A DNA stretch of 64,000 nucleotides from an uncultured Gammaproteobacteria bacterium (GCA_964527425.1 CAZGOA010000006.1:13928-77927), one strand, 5' to 3'; shown: positions 27,064-37,339, counted from the stretch's first letter. Notes: generated from the letters alone by a model not told the origin. A program made the numbers and translations.

Positions 27064-29445
27064 ATGTTTAATCAAGTATTCATTCATGACCTCCCGTTTA
27101 TTGTTACCTGGTGGGCAGTACTTTTTTTGATTGGAACAGCTGCTTTTCCTTTAACTCGACGGTTATTCTCTTCCTGGTGGGATCAGGGATATATCTTAAG
27201 CAAGTCTGTGGGATTAGCAGGAGTTTCCTGGATTGTTTGGCAGCTCGGGAGTTATAAAATTGTTCCTTTTTCACTGATTTCGATACTATTTTCGATAATT
27301 TTATTATTTTGTATAGGAATACTCATCACTATTTCGCTGAAAAAGCCCATGAATATTCAATGGAATAAGATTTTTTTCTTGGAGTTACTATTTTTTTGTG
27401 CGTTTATTTCCTGGTCTTTTGTAAAAGGTCACGAAGCAGATATCCGTAGTCTTGAAAAATTTATGGATTATGGATTTTCTAGAACAATTCAACAATCCGA
27501 TTATTTTCCACCTCCTGATATGTGGTATGCAGGCGGAACAATTAATTACTATTACTTTGGTCACTTAACCCAGGCGGTATTATCAACACTATCAGGAATT
27601 CATTTAAGCTATGGCTATAACTTAATGTTGGCTACACTTTTTGCATTCTGTTTTTCTATGAGTTTTGGAATTGGTGTACAGCTTTACCTAACGTATATAC
27701 AGAATGCTAAGAAACAATTTTCGAAAAAACATTTATTTTTTGCTTTATGTACAGGAATCCTTGCGGCATATCTGGTTAGCTTATCTGGAAACATGCAAAC
27801 AATATATGCATTTACTCAAGGGTATACAGGGGATAATCCACCACCGTTCTGGACTGTTTTTTGGAAACCAGACGAGTTTTTATCAAATGTATCTCAAGGG
27901 TTAAATACCTACTGGTATGCTAACGCGACTCGATTTATTCCTTTTACCATACATGAATTTCCAAGTTATTCTTTTGTAGTATCTGATAATCATGGGCATG
28001 TTTTTAATATACCATTTACTTTATTAGCCTTAGCATCGCTTTTTACCATATTTGTGATACGGCAACAGCAGCGTGATCGTGCATACAATATAGATATTCG
28101 AAGTGTATTTAAACCGGATACATTCAAGAATTCTATTGGATTGGTATTAAAAGATTTACTTCCTTTTATATTATTTGGGTTATTATGTGGTGTTCTGCTT
28201 ATGACAAATGCTCTTGATGGTCCTATTTATTTGGGTATTTTTTTCGTTTTACTCCTGTTTCAATACTCTCGGTATGAAGTGTTAAGCCTTTATTGGTTAG
28301 TCGAGAAGGGTATTACATTCTTGGCTGTGATAGGAGGATTTATTATTTCGGCATTTCCTTTCTTAATTAATTTTACCTCTTTTGCTTCTGGATTAGCGTT
28401 AAATTGTCCTCCTGCATTGTTAGCTAATAGTCAGATTGGTCCATTTCTTTTTGAAACAGTAGATAAATGTCAAAAATCTCCATTATGGATGATGTGGCTA
28501 TTATGGGGATTTTTCTGGTTTATGGGGATAGTGTTATTACTGCGGCAAGTAAGATTTATTCGATTAAGATTTATTCCCTTGTCTATAAAAACTACGAAGA
28601 CAGAATCATTTCTTACTTTGCTCTTCTTCTTATCGTTAGGGTTAATATTTTTTGCAGAATTCTTTTATTTTAAAGATATTTATCCTGCTCATTTCAGGAG
28701 TAATACAATGTTTAAGCTGGGTTATCAAGCATTTATTATCTGCTCTATACTTGCAGCGTTTGTGACCATTCAGGTATTTGTACAACAGACTCAAACAAGA
28801 CTACAGAAATTTATTAAATTAGTTTGTATAGTACTCATTGTTCCTCAACTACTGCTTGTAAGTGTGTATCCTTTATTTTCTGTTAAATCATATTTTGGAA
28901 ATTTAGAACAATATAAAGGGTTAAATGGTTTGGGGTGGTTTTCTAGAGATTTTCCTGATGACTATAAGGCAATGAGATGGTTGGAAGATCATGTTGATCC
29001 TAAAAACGATCAATCATCACATCAATGGCTTCGTGAGCTAGCAGTTGCAGATATGCATGTGCATGATAATTTTTTTACGTCTCATATATCTCATATACCA
29101 ACAATATTGGAAGCTGATGGAGATAGTTATACCGATTATAATAGAATGTCTGTTTTTACCGGATTGCCAACTATTATTGGATGGGGGGTTCATGAATGGC
29201 TCTGGAGAGGAAGTTATGATATTGTGGCACCTCGTAAAGAAGAAGTGAGAGAATTGTATGAAACCGGTAGTATTACCAGAATGAAAGAACTTATTGAAAA
29301 GTATAATATTCAGTATGTTGTTGTTGGTGCGTTAGAGCGTCAAAAATTTGTCGCTATGCCTGAATATAGATTTTTGTCTGTAGGAAAATTGGTCTATCAA
29401 TCTGGTTTAACGGAAATATATGCCCTTGACAAAATGAGAGAGTAG
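27064..29445 (+). CDS. DUF2298 / Chlor_Arch_YYY-domain membrane protein (putative GT-C)
   Basis: EKFMD, INYYYFG, IHEFP, NTMFK, GW..HEWLWR, YNIQYVVVG.LE. Confidence 0.85.
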   Translation: MFNQVFIHDLPFIVTWWAVLFLIGTAAFPLTRRLFSSWWDQGYILSKSVGLAGVSWIVWQLGSYKIVPFSLISILFSIILLFCIGILITISLKKPMNIQWNKIFFLELLFFCAFISWSFVKGHEADIRSLEKFMDYGFSRTIQQSDYFPPPDMWYAGGTINYYYFGHLTQAVLSTLSGIHLSYGYNLMLATLFAFCFSMSFGIGVQLYLTYIQNAKKQFSKKHLFFALCTGILAAYLVSLSGNMQTIYAFTQGYTGDNPPPFWTVFWKPDEFLSNVSQGLNTYWYANATRFIPFTIHEFPSYSFVVSDNHGHVFNIPFTLLALASLFTIFVIRQQQRDRAYNIDIRSVFKPDTFKNSIGLVLKDLLPFILFGLLCGVLLMTNALDGPIYLGIFFVLLLFQYSRYEVLSLYWLVEKGITFLAVIGGFIISAFPFLINFTSFASGLALNCPPALLANSQIGPFLFETVDKCQKSPLWMMWLLWGFFWFMGIVLLLRQVRFIRLRFIPLSIKTTKTESFLTLLFFLSLGLIFFAEFFYFKDIYPAHFRSNTMFKLGYQAFIICSILAAFVTIQVFVQQTQTRLQKFIKLVCIVLIVPQLLLVSVYPLFSVKSYFGNLEQYKGLNGLGWFSRDFPDDYKAMRWLEDHVDPKNDQSSHQWLRELAVADMHVHDNFFTSHISHIPTILEADGDSYTDYNRMSVFTGLPTIIGWGVHEWLWRGSYDIVAPRKEEVRELYETGSITRMKELIEKYNIQYVVVGALERQKFVAMPEYRFLSVGKLVYQSGLTEIYALDKMRE

Positions 29446-29454
29446 TGTTGTAAT
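29426..29454 (+). promoter_or_regulatory. Putative rho promoter
   Basis: TTGACA, 17 bp, TGTAAT; about 100 nt of leader follows. Confidence 0.5.
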
Positions 29455-29559
29455 AGGGAAAACTCCGAACGCTGATTGTATACTTTCACGTTCTTACTCT
29501 CAAACATTATAATAAATAGCCCAACATGAAGATATATAACCAACACCGCCCGCTTTTTT

Positions 29560-31107
29560 ATGGCATTTAAAGCAACACGCAAACCAACCGTTAAACGTTC
29601 CTCAACCACAAAATCTGCAAAAGAAGAAGTTGTTGAGTCTCCTGTTGTATCTGTAACTCCGTCTATCGATGATTTTATAGGGGCTCAAAAGTCACAAGAA
29701 CCAGTTGAACAACCAAGTGTTTCCGAGCCTCCTGTAGAGACATTTATTAAATCACAACCAGATGTACAGGTCAGGCCTCAAGAATCTCGCTATGAACGAC
29801 AAGATCGTCCAGATCAGTCTTTCCATGACCAACATCGCTATCAAGGTGGATATCAAGGGAATACCGGTGGAGGATATGGTGGTTATCGCGGGCGATTTGG
29901 AGGATACCGCAGGCCACCTATGAGACGAGATTTTGGTCCATCTGAAAATGGTATGCAGGATATTAATGTACCAACAGAAACAGTTAAGGGTTTGCTTGAT
30001 ATTATGCCTGAAGGGCATGGGTTTTTGAGACCAAAATTTACACCTAGCGATCGAGATGTATATATTTCTCAATCTCAAATAAGAAGATTTTTATTGCGTA
30101 ATGGTGATATGGTACAGGGACAGGCACGAATGCCTAAGGAAAATGAACGATATTGGGGATTATTAAAAGTAGAGACTATTAATGAAAATGCAGCAGAACT
30201 TATGCAGAATAGACCTCGATTTGATGATCTTACAGCGATTTATCCTAATAAATTATTAAAATTGGAGACGGGAACTATACCTTTATCAACCAGAATCATT
30301 GATTTAGTTGCACCTATTGGATTTGGACAACGAGGAATGATTGTATCTCCTCCAAAGGCAGGAAAAACAACTATTATAAAAGAATTAGCAACAGGAATTT
30401 CTGAAAATTTTCCTGATGTTCATCTAATGGCTGCATTAATTGGTGAAAGACCAGAAGAGGTAACAGATATTTCCAGAAGTGTTAAAGGGGAAGTATTGTC
30501 CAGTAATTTTGACGAGTCACCTCAAGAACAAACAAGAATAGCTGAGGTAGCACTTGACAGAGCGAAGCGTTTAGTAGAAATGGGTAAGGATGTTGTTATT
30601 TTGCTTGATTCTATTACCCGACTGGCTCGAGCGTATAATTTGGTTGTTAATCCATCTGGAAGAACGTTATCTGGGGGATTTGATCCAGCCGCATTGTATC
30701 CCGCCAAGAAATTTTTAGGAGCGGCACGTTGTGTTGAAGCTCCACCTGGTCCTGATGGTCAGCCTACGAAAGGTGGATCATTAACAGTTATTGGAACTGC
30801 ACTTGTAGATACGGGTAGTCGTATGGATGATCTTATCTATGAAGAATTTAAAGGGACTGGCAACATGGAATTACATTTGTCACGAAGTCTTCAAGAGCGA
30901 CGAATTTTTCCAGCTATAGATGTAGCTAAATCTGGAACACGTCATGACGAAATTTTATTAGGTGCAGATAATATGCAAAAAGTAACAACGTTACGACATA
31001 TGTTGTCTCTTCTTTCAGAAGAAGAGCGGACAATGATGTTAATTGAAAGACTTAAAAAATCAGAAAATAATCAAGAATTTTTGAATAGCTTAAGTGTTGG
31101 GGTATAA
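29560..31107 (+). CDS. rho: Transcription termination factor Rho with N-terminal low-complexity extension
   Basis: GFLR, DVYIS.SQIRRF, PPKAGKT, LDSITRLARAYN, EEFKGTGNMEL. Confidence 0.97.
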   Translation: MAFKATRKPTVKRSSTTKSAKEEVVESPVVSVTPSIDDFIGAQKSQEPVEQPSVSEPPVETFIKSQPDVQVRPQESRYERQDRPDQSFHDQHRYQGGYQGNTGGGYGGYRGRFGGYRRPPMRRDFGPSENGMQDINVPTETVKGLLDIMPEGHGFLRPKFTPSDRDVYISQSQIRRFLLRNGDMVQGQARMPKENERYWGLLKVETINENAAELMQNRPRFDDLTAIYPNKLLKLETGTIPLSTRIIDLVAPIGFGQRGMIVSPPKAGKTTIIKELATGISENFPDVHLMAALIGERPEEVTDISRSVKGEVLSSNFDESPQEQTRIAEVALDRAKRLVEMGKDVVILLDSITRLARAYNLVVNPSGRTLSGGFDPAALYPAKKFLGAARCVEAPPGPDGQPTKGGSLTVIGTALVDTGSRMDDLIYEEFKGTGNMELHLSRSLQERRIFPAIDVAKSGTRHDEILLGADNMQKVTTLRHMLSLLSEEERTMMLIERLKKSENNQEFLNSLSVGV

Positions 31108-31157
31108 CATCCCTTCAGATTTGCTTCAAAATCTTTTTTTTGTTAACCTTAAACATC

Positions 31158-32270
31158 ATGGCTCGATTCCGCGCCATAGCCTCTACGTTTGATGAAATAT
31201 CCCGCTGGCGCAAGGGATGGTTTAATTACATCGAACGACACGTCACCACAAGTGCTAAATCTTTTGAACAGCATAAAGACATGGTGGTGGATATCCTCAT
31301 GGCTAGACGTGGGATGTATCAACGTCCCTTTATGCATTTTTCTGTTGGAGTATTGTTTGTTGCGGGTATCGTATCTGGTCCCATATTAGCAGATACATAT
31401 CCTGGTAGAAATAATAGTCAGGTTTTAGATTCATTTGTTCCTCCATCAGCAGTCGTTACTTCGTTAGATTTAACAGAGTATGGTGTAAAAACCCAAGTAT
31501 CAGAAAAACCCCGGGATCAAGTTATTGATTATTCGGTTGAAGAAGGGGATACATTAAGTACTATTGCAAATAAGTTTGGCATATCTACCGATAGTGTGCG
31601 TTGGTCAAATACGCTTAACAGGGATATGTTACAGGTAGGTCAGGTGCTGAAAATACCACCTGTAACCGGAGTTGTACATAAAGTACGAGAAGGTGAAACA
31701 ATTTATTCTATTGCAAAAAGATACGGTACAGAAGCACAAAAAATTGTTAACTATCCGTTTAATGATTTTGCAAATTTGGAAACTTTTGCGTTGAATGTAG
31801 GACAAACTCTTATTGTGCCTGACGGAGAAGTTGCTCCCGTAGCAACACAAAGGCCAACAACTCCTCGTACGGGGAGTACAACTGTTCAACCACCTGTTTC
31901 TGCAGGTGGTTCAGGACAACTTTCATGGCCTGCAGGGGGGCAAATTACACAGTATCCCATTTGGTATCATATGGCTCTTGATATCGCGAATCGTGAAGCT
32001 CCTGGCATTGCTGTTGCTGCAGATGGAGTAGTTACCTCTGTACAGTATCTTAAATATGGTTACGGCCAGCATGTTATTGTTGATCATGGTGGTGGTATGT
32101 CTACGCTATATGCTCATTTATCTGAGATATATGTAAAACCAGGGGATAAGCTCTCTAGAGGGCAAATACTTGGTAAAATGGGTTCAACAGGCAGATCTAC
32201 TGGCATACATTTACATTTTGAAGTGAGAATAAATGGGGTAGCGAAGAGTCCGTTAGGATACTTAAAATAG
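31158..32270 (+). CDS. LysM x2 + M23 peptidoglycan endopeptidase
   Basis: TM segment, two LysM repeats, HMALD, YAHL, HLHFE; TTGCTT-17-TAACCT lies 8 nt before the ATG. Confidence 0.92.
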   Translation: MARFRAIASTFDEISRWRKGWFNYIERHVTTSAKSFEQHKDMVVDILMARRGMYQRPFMHFSVGVLFVAGIVSGPILADTYPGRNNSQVLDSFVPPSAVVTSLDLTEYGVKTQVSEKPRDQVIDYSVEEGDTLSTIANKFGISTDSVRWSNTLNRDMLQVGQVLKIPPVTGVVHKVREGETIYSIAKRYGTEAQKIVNYPFNDFANLETFALNVGQTLIVPDGEVAPVATQRPTTPRTGSTTVQPPVSAGGSGQLSWPAGGQITQYPIWYHMALDIANREAPGIAVAADGVVTSVQYLKYGYGQHVIVDHGGGMSTLYAHLSEIYVKPGDKLSRGQILGKMGSTGRSTGIHLHFEVRINGVAKSPLGYLK

Positions 32271-32395
32271 ATAGGTAAAAATAGTGTGCTGCTTTTTGTG
32301 CTCCATCTGTTTAACACAGTGAGTATTAGGTATAATACAATATTATCTAAAGGGATTCGGTGTTCTATTTACGTCTGCACCACGCCTAAAAAATT

Positions 32396-32466
32396 GGGCC
32401 GTTAGTACAGTGGTAATACACCGCATTCGCATTGCGGATACGGGAGTTCGATTCTCCCACGGTCCA
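32396..32466 (+). tRNA. tRNA-Ala(CGC)
   Basis: Cloverleaf, anticodon stem CCGCA/TGCGG, G3:U70, TTCGA loop; CCA not encoded. Confidence 0.95.
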
Positions 32467-32504
32467 CATAGTTACAGTATTAAGTAACGGATTATTTTGC
32501 AAAC

Positions 32505-32575
32505 GGGCCCGTAGTACACCGGTAGTATAACTCCATGGCATGGAGTAGAAAGGGGTTCGATTCCCCTCGGGTCCA
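32505..32575 (+). tRNA. tRNA-Ala(GGC)
   Basis: Cloverleaf, anticodon stem ACTCC/GGAGT, G3:U70, A32-U38; CCA not encoded. Confidence 0.95.
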
Positions 32576-32616
32576 CAACAATTCATGTGTCAGGGTAAAT
32601 TGTATTAAGAGAAGCG

Positions 32617-32838
32617 TTATCTGCCTGTAGAATATCCAGCAACTGTTGGAATGCCGCTATTTAATTCTGCATTAATGTAATTACCGACAATCACTCCAAC
32701 GCCTAACATAATTGCAAAAAGCACTAAAAACACCCAACTTCTTACTAAAATAACATATTTATCATCTTTTGATTGTCTTCGAACAGAAGATTGTCGTGTA
32801 CTATGAGTTTTTTTCTTTGGAGCTACTTTCTTTTTCAT
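32617..32838 (-). CDS. Small single-pass membrane protein
   Basis: Basic N-terminus, one TM, short tail ending PTVAGYSTGR. Confidence 0.7.
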   Translation of the reverse strand: MKKKVAPKKKTHSTRQSSVRRQSKDDKYVILVRSWVFLVLFAIMLGVGVIVGNYINAELNSGIPTVAGYSTGR

Positions 32839-32872
32839 ATATATCTAGTGTTCTCGATTTCAGTTGTTTTTG

Positions 32873-35392
32873 TCAAGAGGATTTTTTTGAAACATATCTT
32901 TTTATGCATATAAAAGTAAGTGCACTCATGCCTAATACCATGAGAAATAATTTTTGTTTAGAGGGTTCATAACGAACTTCTAATACAGCATCTTTGAGAT
33001 TAGAAACAGGCACTCCAATATAAAAAGGGAATACTGTTATTTTGTTTACTTTCTTACCATTGATGTAGGTATGCCAATTAGGATGGTCAGTGACTTTCAG
33101 TATAGCCAAACATTGGTTGCAATCCTCAGGTGCTGAGATTACGGTTTTATACATCATGTCTGCATTTACTGATTCTGGTCCGACGAGTTGCACACGTGAC
33201 GCTGGAGATTCATAGGTGGGTGTTTTATCAAATAGACTTATGTGTTCTCCTCCTCGAATTGAGTAGGTACTTTCATCAACCATTTGAAAATTTGGCAGTG
33301 TATGTGTTGCTGATTCTGCATACTTAAACGTAAGTTGAGGAAATATCTTATTTTTGACGTTATCTGACTGAAGCCATAATCGAATAACGTTTATAAAATG
33401 CTGTTTTTCACTATACACTACTGCTGCATGACTTCCAGTTGTAAAGTAACCCGAAGTTGGTACTGAATACAGTGTCCATGAATTGGTTTCATTGATTTTC
33501 TCCCAGAATGGTTTAGCTTCTATATCTTTTGTGGTAACTACATATCTTACATTCATTAAATCATAATGTTCTGCCCAATCTTCAATAAAGAATTGTTCTA
33601 CGTCTGAATTGGGGGACCATGTTTCTGGCAACCAAAGAATAACAGGAAGGCCATACGTTGAAAGATGCATAAAGTACGTGGTTTCTGCTATTTCTAGATC
33701 TTTTCCCCATGTACCACCACGTCCGGTGAATACTCTACCTGGTTTAAGTTCTCTTATTGTAGAGAATAATAGTTCTACATCTTCGTTTTGTTTAATAAAA
33801 TTATCATTACCTCTATTTATTAAAATATCGTTGAAATTTGCATACCGATAGGTTTGAGGATAGGCTAAGACACTTACCAATACTGCAACCAATAATATGC
33901 TCATTGAAAAAAGAACTGTTGAGTTTATTGAAATCTTCTGTATTAATTTGGAATCCTGGGTCGCTTGATCTTCAAATAGCTCTGCTGATTTTTGAAGTAA
34001 AGAAATACTTTTATGTATTGCTTGAGTAATAATAGATGAAAGCCACCAACAACCAATAGGAATAAGAAAAAATCCTGATAAATGAATACCAACAATAAAT
34101 CGTGATTGATGGAATTCTTTCATGCCTGGGAATAGATCAATTAAACCACCCCACGTAGTTCGACCAAAAAAAAGTACAAACCAAAAAAGAAAGAGGAACG
34201 ATAAAGGATATAACAGGATGTTATCCTTGTTATTACTAAATTGTTTACTAAGACGGGATAGTGAAAATGTAGAAAAACCTCCAATTAATACTAAAACAGT
34301 TAACACAGGAATTCTTCCAAAATCGAAGTGATGACCATTTATCAGCTGTATGACGACTTCTTTCCATCCCCATGAATTAAATTTCCATACCGGGTCCCAA
34401 AATGAAATATTGTGATAATTATCCTGCAGAAGAACTGGAACAATCCAATAACTCAAGATGAGTATCGTTGGTCCCGCAAGTAGTAATAACTTAAAAATAT
34501 TTGATATAAATGTGTCTCGTATTTCTTTCAAAGGCTTTTTTTCTAGTAATGCAAGAAATGTAGGAGATATAGCTACTATTCCTACGGACATTATTGTCAT
34601 AAGTCCTAATCCTAAATGTCCCATTATTGAAAGGGTTAAAAATAGTACTGCTGGTAAAAAGTTGTGTCTACATGAAAATGATAGAAGTGTAGATTTAAAT
34701 GAGTGAAATGTTAGATGTAAGGAGGGATTGTATTCTTGAAAAAAACGCAGCGCGTATGCAATTGCCAAAGGCATAAACATCATTGCGAATAATTGACTCG
34801 AAAGACCAAAACCTCTCCATAGAAACGACGATGGATCCAATCCATACAGTCCGTCCGTTGAAATATGACTTGCAATCAGGGCGCCAATGCCGCTTATTAA
34901 CCAAGGTAGTTTAATGACACGTAATGCTAAAAAGACAGAAATAGGGAATAAACAAAGTAATATATAGATAACAACATGATAATACGCAAATAGTGTTGTT
35001 TGATATGTATCTGTCATGCTATCCGTAACAGTTGTTTCAGTTATTGAATTAATAACTGGCAGTAATCTTATTGTTTTAAAAAGTCTGTATGTGGCTACTA
35101 TTGTTATTTGCGGAGCGTGTGAATAGTAAAAAGGAAGACTATACCCCTGTGCCCAATTGGGAACATTATGATCCACCAGGTATCCAACAAAACAGAGAGG
35201 AAATAACGGATTTTTGGGACACTGTTTGGCTGCAAAGTCCCACATTTCATTCGTTCTGTGCACTAGTGCATATTGAAATGGATTATCATTTGGATCAATT
35301 TTTGCGGTAGGTTCTAAACGATATAGCCATAGATTATAACTTACGGCAAATAGTACCATACAGACTGCAACAATTTTTTTAATCGATTTCAT
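32873..35392 (-). CDS. Large GT-C-like membrane protein (YfhO/PTPS-related-like)
   Basis: DPND first-loop acidic motif, ~13 TMs, YfhO-like C-terminus (HPNW..YING) with terminal TM. Confidence 0.65.
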   Translation of the reverse strand: MKSIKKIVAVCMVLFAVSYNLWLYRLEPTAKIDPNDNPFQYALVHRTNEMWDFAAKQCPKNPLFPLCFVGYLVDHNVPNWAQGYSLPFYYSHAPQITIVATYRLFKTIRLLPVINSITETTVTDSMTDTYQTTLFAYYHVVIYILLCLFPISVFLALRVIKLPWLISGIGALIASHISTDGLYGLDPSSFLWRGFGLSSQLFAMMFMPLAIAYALRFFQEYNPSLHLTFHSFKSTLLSFSCRHNFLPAVLFLTLSIMGHLGLGLMTIMSVGIVAISPTFLALLEKKPLKEIRDTFISNIFKLLLLAGPTILILSYWIVPVLLQDNYHNISFWDPVWKFNSWGWKEVVIQLINGHHFDFGRIPVLTVLVLIGGFSTFSLSRLSKQFSNNKDNILLYPLSFLFLFWFVLFFGRTTWGGLIDLFPGMKEFHQSRFIVGIHLSGFFLIPIGCWWLSSIITQAIHKSISLLQKSAELFEDQATQDSKLIQKISINSTVLFSMSILLVAVLVSVLAYPQTYRYANFNDILINRGNDNFIKQNEDVELLFSTIRELKPGRVFTGRGGTWGKDLEIAETTYFMHLSTYGLPVILWLPETWSPNSDVEQFFIEDWAEHYDLMNVRYVVTTKDIEAKPFWEKINETNSWTLYSVPTSGYFTTGSHAAVVYSEKQHFINVIRLWLQSDNVKNKIFPQLTFKYAESATHTLPNFQMVDESTYSIRGGEHISLFDKTPTYESPASRVQLVGPESVNADMMYKTVISAPEDCNQCLAILKVTDHPNWHTYINGKKVNKITVFPFYIGVPVSNLKDAVLEVRYEPSKQKLFLMVLGMSALTFICIKRYVSKKSS

Positions 35393-35397
35393 ACGTA

Positions 35398-37314
35398 TTA
35401 ATTATTGTATAGTTTTGGATTTAACCAATTGGTGTGATCATCTCTATTACTATCTCCTGCATCTTTCGTGATTAGAGTGAGTGTTTTAACTCCAACTACA
35501 GAAACCTTTGCGTGTTTTGGCAAATCAAATCTTCCCATTTTTTCAGAGATAAATAGAGGCTTGTTATCACCCCAAATTTCAAAAATAGCACTTGCACCAG
35601 TTCCTGCTGTAGTATCAATTCCAAAGTCAGTAGAAAATTGATCAAATTTCTGGGCTAAGTCATACCGTATTTCACTATTGGCATGAGTACCAATACCTTT
35701 TTTATAAAAGACATACTGTGTAGATAACCAAGTCCATGATTTTGGATCATATCCACCATTTACTGGCATATCTTTAACACGTTTTCCGAATTGCTGACTA
35801 CTATACCATGGTGTAAATGAACTTAATGGAATAGGTTTTTTAGTGATATAGGAAAGATTTGCAGAAGTAATCATAACAATAAATAATAAACCAGAGAGAA
35901 GGAAAGGAAAAAAAGTAATAGTTTTTCGAAAGAATAGTAAGAAAAGTATAAAACTGGTCATAAACATAAACGATACTGTCATAGTTGGAAAAGGAGTTAA
36001 AAACCATCCTTGTAAGATTTGAAATGTATTCGCAGGGTAATTAGCGGCAAACGCAGAGTGTAAGTTATAAAAATACAATACAGAGAGAATTACGTAACTC
36101 ATAATGAATATTGTTCTTCTTTTGTGTTCTAAAAAGGGAACAATGAATAAGAGAAACGCAGTTAGGGGATATGCGTAACGCTCATGTGATTGGGTAAGCA
36201 GCAAGAAAAACCCAGCATTAACTACTGAAAGTCCAATAAAAAAACGAAGAGTATTGTTTTTATCAAGATACTGATCCTCAGGTTGATCTTCAGAGTTTGT
36301 AAGTTTTTTTCCAATCAATATTGAGAATATGGTGGGATAAATAATTGATGTGATAGCCAGTAAATAGCTTGAAGAAAAGAGCATAACACCTAAATTATGT
36401 GCCGTTGTAATACCAATGGAAAGTAATTTATCTGATACTCCCATTCCATCTCCCTGGGCTGCAATCCACCACATGTTATACGCATGTAATGACATATAAG
36501 GAAAATAATCATAGTTATCAACAAGAGATCCAATTATGCGAGAACGGTTATTTGATACAAAGAATTCAATATTTAATCCTACAAAACCCGTAATTGCTCC
36601 CAAGAGTGAAACTAATACGTTTTTAAAACCATATTGCTGCCATATAAACGTAAACAATAATGGTCCATAAATCATATTTTGAAGTTTTGTCATCATCGCA
36701 AGCATAAAAATAAATCCAGCGATAAAAAGTTTTTTGCGGGCTATTGCGGCGAATGAGAGGAGAAAAAATATTACTCCCAGACTGTCTACTTGTCCCCACC
36801 ACGCACTATCCATGACAGTGACAGGATTCAGTAGAAATAAGGCAGCCATAACAAAAAATAACTGTTTACTAGAAAGATCAAATAGTGTTAACAATGTCCT
36901 TTTTTTCTTTTTTAGCTGTTCGGGAAATCCAAATTTTGCTGGGTTATTACCAATAAACAGTATTAGTGCTGCAATCCCAAAATCAGCGAGTATGGCAGGA
37001 ATTTTTGAAGCAAAAAGAAATCGGATATTCGTATTTGACCAGTATTGTTCAAAGTTATGAGGATCACCCCCGAGTATTCTGTACAGTGAAACCATTCCAC
37101 CTAGTGTATAAGCAAATGGAGTAGGATAATTATTATTTGTATTTAATATACTCCATACAGCACCTTTGTCAGCAGCAGCCAAACCCCAACCTTTCCAGAA
37201 AGCTACATCTGCTTCAAAACCAGGATTTGGGATAAAGGCTAGCCTTAGAATAAATGCAAGGGTAAAAAGAATAATAACCGGTAGATTTTTTTTCATACGA
37301 TACAATTTATTCAT
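35398..37314 (-). CDS. GT-C glycosyltransferase with C-terminal NPCBM/NEW2 carbohydrate-binding module
   Basis: FEAD, NYP, DSAWWGQVDS, HERY; KGIGTHANS.I.YDL...FGID...D.N..DH..W. Confidence 0.8.
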   Translation of the reverse strand: MNKLYRMKKNLPVIILFTLAFILRLAFIPNPGFEADVAFWKGWGLAAADKGAVWSILNTNNNYPTPFAYTLGGMVSLYRILGGDPHNFEQYWSNTNIRFLFASKIPAILADFGIAALILFIGNNPAKFGFPEQLKKKKRTLLTLFDLSSKQLFFVMAALFLLNPVTVMDSAWWGQVDSLGVIFFLLSFAAIARKKLFIAGFIFMLAMMTKLQNMIYGPLLFTFIWQQYGFKNVLVSLLGAITGFVGLNIEFFVSNNRSRIIGSLVDNYDYFPYMSLHAYNMWWIAAQGDGMGVSDKLLSIGITTAHNLGVMLFSSSYLLAITSIIYPTIFSILIGKKLTNSEDQPEDQYLDKNNTLRFFIGLSVVNAGFFLLLTQSHERYAYPLTAFLLFIVPFLEHKRRTIFIMSYVILSVLYFYNLHSAFAANYPANTFQILQGWFLTPFPTMTVSFMFMTSFILFLLFFRKTITFFPFLLSGLLFIVMITSANLSYITKKPIPLSSFTPWYSSQQFGKRVKDMPVNGGYDPKSWTWLSTQYVFYKKGIGTHANSEIRYDLAQKFDQFSTDFGIDTTAGTGASAIFEIWGDNKPLFISEKMGRFDLPKHAKVSVVGVKTLTLITKDAGDSNRDDHTNWLNPKLYNN

Positions 37315-37339
37315 TCTAGCAAATTCATGAAACCAGATG

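Noticed and set aside
32386-32586. 66-aa minus-strand ORF
   Set aside because: It is the antisense reading of the two tRNA-Ala genes
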